This document shows positions 38,575 to 50,553 of a stretch of DNA of 64,000 bases, one piece after another. The DNA is from Podarcis cretensis. Its lineage: Eukaryota. The stretch covers positions 65,224,001 through 65,288,000 of the forward strand of contig OX638154.1 of assembly GCA_951804945.1 (NCBI GenBank), given 5' to 3'. Numbering within the stretch: the first letter of the stretch is position 1; the number at the start of each line of letters is the position of its first letter. Position numbers and translations under genes: made by a program. The notes under the pieces are model-generated. The model was not told where the DNA came from, did not search any database, and worked only from the letters and a program-made list of their open reading frames with translations.

Positions 38575-40390
38575 GTAATGCTTTTATTATTTTAGATTTC
38601 TTGTATAATCAGTCCACTTTTGAACCGAGAACTGTTCAAAACGTATCCTAACATTTTTCTCTTAAAGCATTGCCAGATTATCAGCTGACAGAACAACATA
38701 TGTGCAGATATGTTAATTTGTTTCATGAGATCCAGACAGCTTTCCTGAAGAAAGCATTTCTCTTTTTCATTAGTTGAACAACAGCAATGACATTATTGTT
38801 GGCATAAAGTTATTTAGGTGCTGCACAAAGTTTATTAAATAGCACAATACCTTCCACAGGTTTACAAACTAATGGATGTAATTAAAAAGGAGAAGGAACA
38901 AGGACACAGTTGTTCTAAACCATGTAGCGTAGAGAGAAAAGAGAAATGTCAAAAACGTTTCTGGTTTAGAAAGCCACAAGAGGCTACTTCATCAAAGGAG
39001 GAAGGCAGAGCTAAAACTGGGTTCCTCCCAGTGGAGGTTCTACAGACCTTTGGTGTCCAACTTGCAGAACAGGATGACCTTCTCCTCTGAATGAGAATTA
39101 CATTTAATTCATAAAGAAGAACGCAAACATTTGATAAATGTTGCAGATAGTCTCTCTTTTTTTGCCAAAATATTTCAGGTCATTTTATGAATAATATGTC
39201 ATCAACTGACATTTTCCAGAGGCTGCAGTAATTAAAGCCGAAATCCTATGATTCATTTAACTGAAAAGGGTAGCAAAAAAAAATTCAACTTCAACTAATT
39301 TAAACATCCCTGTTCTTCTTGTTGGAACTAATTAGAGTTTTCTATATAGCACTTGTTTCCCCCCACATGCAGTCATTTAAAACACAAAAGTGGGAATAAT
39401 TTCACAGAATCAGCATACTGATATTGTGATTTAATTTTCATTTAGCATGAACCATGTTTGTCAATGTAGTGCCCTAATAGGGTTACAGGGTCTTGAAATC
39501 AAACATTCTGGTACTTGGATGGGGCCTGTGTTATATGGAATGTAAAGGGTTAAAAGGTAACTGGCTGCAACCATTGCTCCTCCTGTGATTAGGTGAGTAG
39601 GATTTATGGTATGTTTGTGTGTGTGTGTTTTTAGCTCTCTACCTGTTCAGTTCTATGTAAGCTGGACTCAGAACTAGTCCTGTTTATTGTCCGCTTCATA
39701 AAGCAACTGTCTTTCTGTCCCCTTGGAGTCTTCTGTAGTGCACGGTTAACAGGAAGGTATGCAACTGAATAAGTAGATACATAAAGAGGGACCCAGTTAA
39801 GAATATTTCGTGGTTCCTGTTTCTGCTGACATCCCAGCCCAAGGGTTATGCCAGAAATACAGTTTCCAAGAAGCTGCTGTGTCAGGACAATGTGCACTAC
39901 AACTGGAGAAAATGGAAGCAGAGCTCTGAAGTATAAAGCTTTTCTGGTGGAACAGATATAAAGGACAGCAGGTTCCAAACTGCCCTATTTCTGCATGTTA
40001 GAGAAGAGGCTAGGGAGGGTGTCAGAATGAGATTTATGATGGACACAAGGGAAAAGCATTAATTCCAGTGTCACAGATTTAAAGATGCTTGTCCTGCGGT
40101 GAGAGGGCACTTTCATAGGAGACTGCTAAGCTTGCCCTCATGTTTGAGCACATATCCAGCATAACAATGAAAGCTATTCCTAAAAAAAGCACAAGCCTTT
40201 ATTAATTCTTTTGTAAATGCATGCTAGCGTGAAAGTGATTCATAAGGATTTTATTCTGGTAGCAGTCAGAAGTGAGACATTTAGCAGCTGGAAGACATTT
40301 GCAGGGTTTCCTTGCAGCAATGGTGTTCTTGAGTTTGGAATACTGCCTTGGCTAAAAACTTAACACATAACAATAGATTAGGTAGGGGGT

Positions 40391-40464
<74 letters not shown>
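40391..40464. repeat. compound microsatellite (AC)14(GT)8(GA)n
   Basis: Seen directly in the sequence. Confidence 0.95.
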
Positions 40465-40466
<2 letters not shown>

Positions 40467-40687
40467 CTTCTCTGAGTATTTAGGAAATTAAATTATGTAT
40501 ACATTTTTAACTGGAAAAATATTCTTTGAAAAAGAATCAAGTATTTCCATAAAGATGTCTTTTAAAAGCAATTCAAGAGCATAACCAAAGTTGAAATTGC
40601 TGTAATCTGACTGTTAAAATGCTGCATAAATATATTGACAATGTTTAAGTAAATACTCAAGTTGTCCCAATTTTGTTATTTTTACAG

Positions 40688-40757
40688 ATTGAAAAATTTG
40701 CCTATCACTTTTACAAAACTTAAAGAACTTGCAGCTTTGTGGCTTTCAGACAACCAG
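40688..40757 (+). CDS. LRRC7: LRRC7 coding exon (last LRR/LAPSDa): (R)[23 protein letters not shown]
   Basis: atttttacag|A … CAG|gtaaag; 70 nt, phase 2 to 0. Confidence 0.97.
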
Positions 40758-41300
40758 GTAAAGATTTTAATGTCTGTTCTCATTTTAACAGCTAAATAAA
40801 AGGGCAGCAAGCTCAGCTGTATTTGTATTTGTAAAATATTTATGGTGAACTTAAAAGTGTTTAAACCTGTTAAAGTAGATGATGCTTTCTGGCGGGGGGG
40901 GGGGAATAAAAATTATGAGTATAATGCAAAATTGTTCATAGCATCTCAAGTTCTGCTTCCTTCAAGTTCATCTGTATCATCAGATCTCCCAGCAAACCCC
41001 CAAATATTTTGAAGCACCAAGCAGTGCTAGCCCTACTGTTAGGCAGAGTGCAGTGACATGGGGAAGCAGTGAGATGTTGGGCGGCAAGAATTTACTAGTT
41101 CAAATAGCAACCTTTTTATGTATTTATTTCCTTCTGTACAATGTGAAGGGTGTTTCACAAGGGAGGGTGCTTAAGCCCAAGACCTGTTGAGTCTAACCAT
41201 CTGTCGGTGATGGGGAACCTCTGATCCACAGGCCTAATTTTGGTCTAGCCATACCCATCTGCCATCACATACAATGTGGGGTGTTTGGCAGTTAAAGATA

Positions 41301-41526
41301 TGCCTGGGCTGAAAGGGATTTTGCAGACCGTGACTCTCAGCTGATCACCGGTGCCAACAAAGCCCTATATGTTGTAAGCGACAAACATCAGTAGAGTATC
41401 AAGGCTTGCAAAGTGCCTGGGCTGAAAGGGATTTTGCAGACAGTGACTCTCAGCTGATCACCGGTGCCAACAAAGCCCTATATGTTGTAAGCGACAAACA
41501 TCAGTAGAGTATCAAGGCTTGCAAAG
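41301..41526 (+). repeat. 113-bp tandem duplication (2 copies, 1 mismatch) within an old DNA-transposon-like relic
   Basis: 41301-41413 and 41414-41526 are identical except GACCG versus GACAG. Confidence 0.95.
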
Positions 41527-41818
41527 TACTATGCTTTTCCCTGCAGAGTTTGATTTCATTCTGACACCAGGTGTTTCAGAGGTTGGCAGCCCTTTCCAAC
41601 TGTCAGACGTGGCCCATAGAAGGCTGGGGAAAGTAAGGTTCTGCCCCACTGGCTGGATGCAGTTCTCCATCCTTGTCATATAAAAGGAGGATGGAGTCTT
41701 CTATCTATGATAGAACTGTGGCATTGTAGAGATGTTACAGGAAGGACAGTGTTTATGTAAATGTAAAACAGATAATCAGTATACAGGCTTCTGGATCATA
41801 CTCTTAGTTTTAAGGATA

Positions 41819-42469
41819 CAGTGGTGCCCCGCAAGACGAACGCCTCGCGAGACGGAAAACCCGCTAGACGAAAGGGTTTTCCGTTTTGGAGGCGCTTCGC
41901 AAAACGAATTTCCCTATAGGCTTCCTTCGCAAGACGAAAGCCCATAGGGAAATCTCCGGGACAGCGAGGAAGCACAGCGCATCTTCCCCACTGTCCTCGG
42001 ACCTCCTCCGAAGGCAGGCGGTGGGGCGGAGAGACCTCCTCCCGCTGCCAGCCTTGGGATGGCTGCTCCGAAGGCGGCGGTGGGGCAGAGAGACCTCCTC
42101 CCACCGCCAGTCTTCGGATGGCTGTCCTGAAGACTTGCGGTGGGAGGAGGGTTTTCCTTCCCACTGCCAACTTTCAGAATGCTGTTCTGAATGTTGGCGT
42201 GGGGAGGAAAAACCCTCCTCCCACCGCAAGCCCCGGGAACAGAGGAGAAGCGCTGCGCGCCTTCCCCTCTGTTCCCGTACCTGTCCTGAAGGCTTGCGGT
42301 GGGGAGAAAAGCCCTTCTCCGCACCGCCAGCCTGGCAAGCGGTCTCCATAGGAACGCATTAATTGATTTTCAATGCATTCCTATGGGAAACCGTGCTTCG
42401 CAAGACGAAAAACTCGCAAGAAGAAAAAACTTGCGGAACGAATTAATTTCGTCTTGCGAGGCACCACTG
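41819..42469. mobile_element. non-autonomous Tc1/mariner-superfamily (Tigger/pogo-like) DNA transposon (MITE)
   Basis: TIRs are CAGTGGTGCCCCGCAAGACGAA and TTCGTCTTGCGAGGCACCACTG, with TA duplications at 41817-41818 and 42470-42471. It is CpG-rich, has internal direct and inverted subrepeats, and shows no transposase. Confidence 0.93.
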
Positions 42470-42745
42470 TACCGCAATTTCTTCTTTAGGACAAAAGGGT
42501 GGTAGCATATAGAACAGTATCTAAGTAATAAGAAAACAACACAGCACCATCTGTTGGTTGGAGCTGCTATTTCCTAATCATTACAATGCAATTTAATACC
42601 TAGAAATTATGTAGTTAGTATTGTTTTGATCAAGAATGTTAATTACAATGCTCATTGTAATGGCACACTATTTGTTAGTGTGCATGATAATTTTAGATGC
42701 CATCATTTTGGAGTTATTGTAATGTTGTTTGCTTTGAATTTGCAG

Positions 42746-42845
42746 TCCAAGGCCCTTATCCCTCTTCAGACTGAGGCACATCCAGAAACAAAGCAAAGAG
42801 TGCTGACCAACTACATGTTTCCTCAGCAACCTCGTGGTGATGAAG
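42746..42845 (+). CDS. LRRC7: LRRC7 coding exon (LAPSDb): [33 protein letters not shown](D)
   Basis: aatttgcag|TCC … GAAG|gtactt; 100 nt, phase 0 to 1; identical to the recalled densin segment. Confidence 0.97.
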
Positions 42846-43372
42846 GTACTTATCAAAAAAAAGGAAAGCTATTCAGTAAATAATCAATGTTGACTTAAGT
42901 ATCCTAAACAATTATTTTATAGATAGTTGTTGTTTTACAATGCAAACCACTCCCTTCCCCACTTTTAACTTTCATTTTTTATAAACCATAGCAATGAAAG
43001 CTAGTGCCAGATTTGGCAGGGCTGCTAGGAATTCATGGGGGCATGGCCAATGAGTGGTCACTGGACTGTGGCCAAGTTATTCTGGTTTTCTCGCCAACCT
43101 CCTCCCTTGCTGTGGATACTTAGGCATTGCAGTTTTACAAACAGCACCTAATACAATTGAAAAGCGTCAGAAGGCATCCCTGCTGTCACAGTTGCTTTCT
43201 TCTTAAAGATAGGTTGTGTGGTCCCCACCTGTTCTGGTTGTCTCCCTATCCTCCCATGAAAAAGGACTGTTAACAATATATTTACAGACTGTGGGAAAAG
43301 ATTGTTCCCCTTCCCCAGTTTATTAAGTTCTACATCTTTTCCCGCCAGAATGTGAAATAAGGTAAAGGGATA

Positions 43373-43530
43373 TTAAGTAGACTAGGACCTGGGAGACCAG
43401 GATTAAACTCAGCCACACAACTCACTGTGACCTTGGGCCAGTCACTGTATCTCAGCCTAACCCACCTCACAGGGTTGTAGTGAGGGTAACATGGGGAAAA
43501 GAAGACCCATGAATACCACCTTGAGCTTCA
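43373..43530 (+). mobile_element. old CORE-SINE (MIR/Squam3-like) fragment
   Basis: CORE segment GACCTGGGAGACCAGG…GTGACCTTGGGCCAGTCACTGTATCTCAGCCTAACCCACCTCACAGGGTTGTAGTGAGG. Confidence 0.75.
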
Positions 43531-43789
43531 AATAAAAATGCTACCTCCTGCCTGCCTATCCCTGATTTTGAATTTGGGGGATAGGCTTCGAATAATGAAC
43601 ACAATTCAGGCCTACAAACATTTGACTTGTAGGTCCTCAGCAAATCCAATATGTGACAACTGTCTGTTGGAACTGTGCTCCTGTACTACATATAGACTCT
43701 GCACACTGAGTTCTCATCTGCAGTGTCCTACTTTTTAAATAGCATTTTAAATTTGTTTTACAGTCTTTTTATACTCACAACGACATGGT

Positions 43790-43960
43790 TGCTTTGATCA
43801 TAGTTCAACAAAAAGAACAGTACTAGCCCCTTCAAGACTAACACATTTATTATGGCACAAGTTTTCATGTCAGTTTCATCATTATTGGTAATCCATGAAA
43901 GTAATAATGCATTTGCTAGCCTCTCAAGTGCTAGTGGACTGTTGTTTTGTTTCTGCTGGC
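43790..43960. mobile_element. old, degenerate Penelope-like inverted pLTR relic
   Basis: TAGCCCCTTCAAGACTAACACATTTATT…GTTTTCATG and CATGAAAG…TTTGCTAGCCTCTCAAGTGCTAGTGGACTGTTGTTTTGTT form decayed inverted arms related to the 14417 and 17236 termini. Confidence 0.55.
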
Positions 43961-44469
43961 CCTTTGTTTGAAAGTGTACCAGAGTAATATACCCCATGCC
44001 ATACAATGAGCCTCTGACAGAAAATGGGTGGTGGTCTTCAGGTGGGCTAGCTTTAAAAAAAATGATAAAAAAGGCCAATAATTGGTAATCAATGAAAGTT
44101 TCATTTCTGCTGTAAACCATTGTGGTTAGAAGTTAGAAACTGGCTCTGGATTCCTAGAACATCATATCAAATGAATTTGCTGAACTTTAGGCAAGTTGGT
44201 AGCTGGGAAAGGATGTATGTTTGCATGGACAAAAATCAAGAGTGACCTTAGCTCACAGCCCCAATCATGCTCATACTGGGCTAACTTGAGGCCTACATGC
44301 TTTTGACTATTTGCACCCACAGATGTTATTTATTTAAAATAAATAATTTAAGATTTTCACAGCTCAATGTTTCCAGTTCAGAGTTATTTGGTTGTTTAAG
44401 TTGATATTGTGGGTAAAGTTTTATTACTAGGTATCTTTTGATTATGACGTTAATTTCTACTCTAATTAG

Positions 44470-44594
44470 ATTTCCAGTCTGACAGCGATAGTTTTAATCC
44501 TACTCTATGGGAGGAGCAAAGACAGCAACGTATGACTGTTGCCTTTGAATTCGAAGAAAAAAAGGAAGAGGAGGAAAATGCAGGAAAAGTTAAG
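44470..44594 (+). CDS. LRRC7: LRRC7 coding exon: (D)[41 protein letters not shown]
   Basis: ctaattag|AT … AAG|gtaact; 125 nt, phase 1 to 0. Confidence 0.97.
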
Positions 44595-44681
44595 GTAACT
44601 AGGATTATCATCCTTGGTTTTTTTGTAGTAAATAAGTAGGTGGTTGCTAAGTGTGTGTTTAACCAATCTAGACATGAGTAA

Positions 44682-44765
44682 GGCTGCAATCCTATACTCA
44701 CCTATCTGAAAATAAGTCCCATTGAACTCAGTGGTGCTTACTTCGACATGCAATGGATTGCACTG
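44682..44765. mobile_element. short palindromic MITE-like repeat; degenerate relatives at about 8700-8780, 14175-14235 and 57290-57365
   Basis: Termini TGCAATCC / GGATTGCA with an internal TAAGTCCCATTGAACTCAGTGGTGCTTA hairpin. Confidence 0.6.
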
Positions 44766-45936
44766 CAAATCTCTTTAAGAATTTAACTGTGTTTCCTACT
44801 GTCATGATTGGACCTTCAATTGCTGGCTAGGGTACATGAAATTTCCAGATGCACTGTTAAAATCTCATATTCCACAGTTGTCAATTAGAAAGTCCTCTTT
44901 GATGGGCTTCCTCATTTAAGTGCAGTCCAGAAGTTTGCTCTTGCCTTTAAAAGTTAACCTGCTGATACGCATATTTTCTTCTCTTGATATTTGCCATAAT
45001 GTCCCCTTAAAGCATGTGACATTTAGAACTAAAGGGATTGGCACTTTTACAAATATATAGAGAGAGTAAGAATTAGATATTGCCTCACTGCAAATCTTGT
45101 TTTGCAGAACAGAAATGAAACTGATAGAAGTGATTCTTGCTGTGCTGTTTATGAGACACAATTACCAAAAGGATAACAATGTGTGATCAATAGAAACTGA
45201 TGGCTTAGGTTCACAAAGACCATTTCTAATTTGCTAACTCAGAACTGTCACATCAGATGAAACAAACAGCCTTTTAAGCAGATATTTCTCTTCTGTATAA
45301 AATTGAGGGAGGGAAATAGGTTAGATTCCTTTATAAAAGCCAAGTGTAATGTGAAATGGCAGTTGCACAGGGAAAAAATATTGTAGGAGTCAAGTTAATT
45401 AACAAGTCCTGACGTAAATATCTTCTTTCAGAAGTTTAAACAAGGCACAAAAGACTTTATAAGACACAAAAATGGCTGATCTATTGCTCATCAGATTGCT
45501 ATATTTAGCTCCAAGTAATCATTCCACAGCCACCAAAATTTCAACACCTTGAATATTACATTTCAGTGACAGCTGAAATTGTCACCTTAGTACAAGAGAT
45601 GTTTTTTCTTGAATTTCTGTCTCCTGCACAAAAAAAACTTTGCAGTCTCAGTGTTCATATGCATTTGTTCTTTCAAAACCAATGAAAGGATTCATAAGCC
45701 CATAATATAACAAACATGAAGACCACTTAGTGGGCATTCAGCTCTATCTTTTCAATAGTATCTTCAGTGTTCACTAGAAGAATTTCTTAGGTTTCCAGCC
45801 CACAAAGACAGCCCATATAGCATGCCTTTTACACAATATTCAATAATACAGAAATTATTTTCTGATCTTTATATTAAAAATATGCCCAATCTGCTCCACA
45901 TTCAGAATGGGGATTGGCCTTGACATGATTATTATA

Positions 45937-46563
45937 CCGTATTTTTCACCCCATAGGACGCTCCATCCCATAGGACACACCTAGTTTTTTTGGGGGGGGG
46001 GAATAAAGGAAATTTTTTCCCCTTTATTCCCCCCCCCCCAAACCAGGTCGGGGAAACCAAACCAGGTCGGGGAACAGCGGTATGGCGGCACTCCGCCTCC
46101 CCGCTGTCCCCCGAGCTTGTGGGGCTGGCGCTGGGGAGAAGAAGCTGGGGAGTTCCAGCAGGGCTCCCCACGCTGCGGATGTCTGCCCGGCGCAAGGGGC
46201 GCTCTGCTTCAGGGCGCCATTTGTGCCGGGCGGCAGGCTGCTATCCGCAGCTTAGGGAGCCCTGTGGGAACTCCCTACGCTGCGGATGTCTGCCCGGCGC
46301 GCGGGTGCTCTGCTTCAGGGTGCCCCGCGCGCTGGGCGGCAGGCTGCTATCCGCAGCCTGGGGAGCCCTGTGGGAACTCCCGCGGACTCCCCAGGCTTGC
46401 TGATAGCTTCGTGAAGCCTGGAGAGCGAGAGGGGTCGGTGCGCACCGACCGCTCTCGCTCTCCAAGCTTCAGCGAAAGCCTGTATTCGCCCCATAGGATG
46501 CACACAGATTTCCCCTTCATTTTTGGAGGGGGAAAAGTGCGTCCTATAGGGCGAAAAATACAG
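45937..46563. mobile_element. non-autonomous Tc1/mariner-superfamily (Tc2/pogo-like) DNA transposon (MITE)
   Basis: TIRs are CCGTATTTTTCACCCCATAGGACGC and GCGTCCTATAGGGCGAAAAATACAG, with TA at 45935-45936 and 46564-46565. An internal GC-rich tandem repeat of about 108 bp spans about 46171-46381. Confidence 0.92.
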
Positions 46564-48313
46564 TATTCTAGCAAGCAAGTACCCCTGATGTGTGTCAAAA
46601 CCAAGTACTTCCAGGAGGTGTTTTGTAAAAGCATTGCCTTGCTGTTTGGGGGCAAATATGTTTTACTTTAAAATGAGATTGACCGAGGTCAAGAGTCACA
46701 TCTATCAGTCAAATCATTTGTTTTTGGAACAAGACTTGAAATTGATGTTAGTTGCCAGGAATAAAGAAAAATCAGACCTGTCTTTCTTGAGTTCTTACTC
46801 TATTTCCCTCTTTTATTCTACAGATATCTGAGAGGGGGGAAACTGCCTTACTCTTCATATAATCCTCAAACAAAAATAATACTTTATTAAAATGAAAAGT
46901 AAGATTGGGTTGTATCCAGCGACGTCCCTCTGCTGAAAGAAGGTTCTTTGATCCAGTGGAGGTGTCTGTAAGCCAAAGGGAAGGAAGTGTTTTCCATAGA
47001 CTCCCCCTTTCTTCTGCAGTCCCCTTAACTACTTACATAACTGTTCCAAAGGATTTCCTGTTGAACAAATTTGGGGGAGCTGCACAGAGAAGGGAATGAG
47101 CTAAAATCGCCTTTGCCACTTTCCACTAACGTGAGCTTCTGCTGGATCAAAAAGCATACTGTTGCAAAAATGAGCAATGTATGTATGGACGCAGTGGGAT
47201 ATTCATCCATTGTATCTGACTTTTTGTGGCGATCCCTTTAAAAAGTAAAATATATAAAACTTTTTTTAGCAAATAGAAAGCAACACAAAAACTGTATTGG
47301 TAGCTCTCTAGGACACACATACTTATGAGGGTACTAAGAGTTCATTTTTGTACAGGAGAATGGCAAAAGATGTTTTAAAGCAGCGAAGAGGCTAAGTAGT
47401 TCCATGTTAAGCCATAGCCTGTGTTATTTCACTTCCCATATATCTTCACATGACAATCAACATTTCTTATACTTCTAATGTTATTTAATTGAAAATCAAA
47501 AAACAGTCACTTCCAGTAACGTTGCCTTTATGCCTGAAAGGTTTGAACTAATCAATGAGACTGTACAATTAAATGACATCTGTATAAATGTCAGTAAATA
47601 ATGCTTTTTAATGGCTTTATTCATTTCAGCTTCCGTTTTCATTTTAGTAAACAATTAAAAAAGAAACCTGTATATAAAAATATGGTTCTGTCTAATGCTG
47701 AGTGAGCAGAAAACAGCTCATACAATGGCTCTTTCCTGCAGCCCTGTACTCCTTCACAATGTTTCTCTAGGAGGTCCTCAGCGGTGTGGTCTGTATCATG
47801 TGGGGCTATAGTAGTAGGGGGAAATCACACAAAACCAGGAAGAAGAATCTTGTACCAACAGCATGCAAGATTCCTCTGCCTGATTTGGTGTGTTTTCCTG
47901 CTTATACTGTAGTCTCCTGCAACACACAGTGCAGGAGGGCTCTTGACCTTCTCAAGGGGCTTTTGTGTCAAGGGTCCAGGTAGCTGCAGTGGGCAATTTC
48001 GCCAGGTGTCCTTTTGCTTAAAAATAAGATAAACTGGGTTTCAAAACTTTTGATGTCATGCTAGACAGGTGAACTTATGTTCAGCTCATCACCGTTTTTT
48101 TATTCATAGGATAAAGATAAGCGTGTTTCTGAATGGTGGTAAAAAATTAAATTTTATCATTTTTTGTTAATTCACAAACTAGAAAAGTGATCTATTTGCC
48201 TGCGTCAGGGGTAGATAATCTTTTGCACTCAAGAGTTGCATGTGGCAGTGGTCAGGGGATGCGTAGCAGTAATAAGTGGGCCTGAAAGTGGTAGCTGTGG
48301 GCAGGATCTTGGG

Positions 48314-48315
48314 CT

Positions 48316-48392
<77 letters not shown>
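48314..48392. repeat. compound microsatellite (TTTC)n(TC)n(CA)n
   Basis: Seen directly in the sequence. Confidence 0.95.
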
Positions 48393-50352
48393 AACGTACG
48401 TACATACGTACAGGTGCATATACAATACCCACTTTCCCCCCAAAATAAAGATGAAAATCCACAGGAGTGCTGTCAATTATATCAGTGTAAAGCCAATTTT
48501 AATGTATTAAATAGATTTTTTAAAGTCACACTGGTGCTAGACCTTTACAGTACTAAACATATTAAAAAGAAATCATGTTAAATGTTTCTGTTGCATTATT
48601 CTGCTTATATTAATTATATTTATTCTATCTTAAAACATAATCAAATAGTTACAGATCAGTTCAATACCTGGGTGTTTGGTGATGATTCTCATATGTTTAT
48701 CCAGTAAACATGCAAGTAATATTGGGACTCACAGTGTTTAAAGCGCATACAAAATTTCTTTGACATCATGGCTATCTGTGCATTTGCAATATCAACTGCA
48801 GGCACCTGTCTGTTTGGCTGATATGAAGACATTTCCAGAGTGGTGAAATAATCCTTAATATTAAGGGCACAGTTCTCAATGAAATGTGTGCCTGGTGATT
48901 GGTTGGTTGCATATTCATCTAAGTTTCATAGGATTTGGTTTGTAATTTTATGTTATTTAAAATTATACATTTGGTAATAGTTCTTAATATTCATAATAAC
49001 TTTATTCTGATGAGTCTTGTGAAATTTGATTTTGGTCAAGTGTATCATTGTTTGCTGAAATGAATTTGACAGTAGAAATTAAAAAAGAAATTCTTCTATC
49101 CAGGAATATTGCACTTTGGAAGGTTTTTATCCCCAGCGGCATGCTACTTCTGAGGTAACTTTAAATGTGAAACATAAAAGACCATGAATAGAAAGGGAGT
49201 CTAGACTTCATTGGTAATTATCATTTTTAATATCAACTATGGGATTTTCTTCACCCTAATTCTATCTAGCACATCTGCGAGTATGTTTAATAGTGAAAGT
49301 TAATATTTACCTAAGATAAATTAACTTTACTCAAATTTCCTTACATAGTTAATTAGTTACACTGTATTCTTAGCAACCTTTGCAGTGCATGTAGTATTTG
49401 ATTTACATCCCAGTTATTGTTAAGGTTATGTGTAAATCTTACGTATACCATGGCCCAGGTCATGTAGAAAAGCAAGTGATTAAGTTAGACCAGCAGCAAT
49501 TACATTCTTTCAACTGTAAGGCAATTAGAACAATAGTACTTTATTCCACACATCACTTAGTTAGTTTTCTTACTGGAGCTGTACATTTCCTTGTAACATA
49601 ATATTTCACATTTGCTATTGAGATCCATGTTTGGATGTGCTTGTCTGTAATGCATACTTTATTATATTTCAACGCTCAGTGCAAGTTGCTACCATAGTTT
49701 GTTCTCTTCACATCAGTCAAGCTTTTTGAATGGTTGCCTATTAACTTGTGTCTACCTTGGCTTTACATGCAATTTTTTCCTTTGTAGTAAAAATTATATC
49801 ACACTTTTGTACAAATACACATCCATTAAATGAGGTGGGGGGCCTTCAATTTTTATTGAATGCAATCCGTTAAAATTGAAGGGTACTCAAGTCCTATTGA
49901 TTTCAGAAGGATTTAGGAACATCTAATCTTTTTTGGATTGCTCACAGTCTTTTCAAATAAGCTATCACAGTGTTGTTTTATAAATCCAGAATGACTTCCC
50001 ATATGCAAGTGAAGTTCTAGATTCTACCTGAGCCATTAAAGTGATGTTTAGCAGTCTGAACATCAAGGTGTAATTTCAGTCCAAGTATTATTGCATTATA
50101 CAGTTCTAGGCAAGTGGGAAAGAAATTACATTCAGTCACCAATGGATTTTATTCTGCATTCACCATGTTGTAAATGACATAGGCTTTAGCATTTCAAAGG
50201 CACAGTTTTATGTTAACATTGTCTCAAATGCCTAAATTCACTGTCTCTGTGTTTTCTGTTTTGTATAGCCTTGATAATCAAAACTAGAAGTTTAATAATG
50301 GTTTTTGTTTCCTATTTGTGGTTTTAATTTATTTTGTTAAACGACTGCTCAG

Positions 50353-50553
50353 GTTGAAATAAACTTAAAGCGCTATCCAACTCCATACCCAGAAGATTTA
50401 AAGAATATGGTGAAATCTGTTCAAAATCTGGTGGGTAAACCTAGCCATGGAATGAGGCCTGAGAATGCAACACCAACCGTCAGTGCAGAACAAGCTGTGA
50501 AAGACAAATATGAGCACAAGTGGCCAATGACAGCAAAGGATATATCTGTGGAG
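50353..50553 (+). CDS. LRRC7: LRRC7 coding exon: [33 protein letters not shown]…[16 protein letters not shown]
   Basis: ctgctcag|GTT … GAG|gtaaca; 201 nt, phase 0 to 0; contains the densin/erbin motif [10 protein letters not shown]. Confidence 0.97.

Noticed and set aside
41732-42505. Stack of overlapping 60-160-aa ORFs on both strands (likewise 45932-46671)
   Set aside because: They lie inside GC-rich MITEs that are poor in stop codons and show no transposase or other recognisable motif.
49444-49462. TATACCATGGCCCAGGT as a remnant of the mammalian 83-aa exon
   Set aside because: The match is short, flanking similarity is absent and there are no suitable splice sites or open frame.
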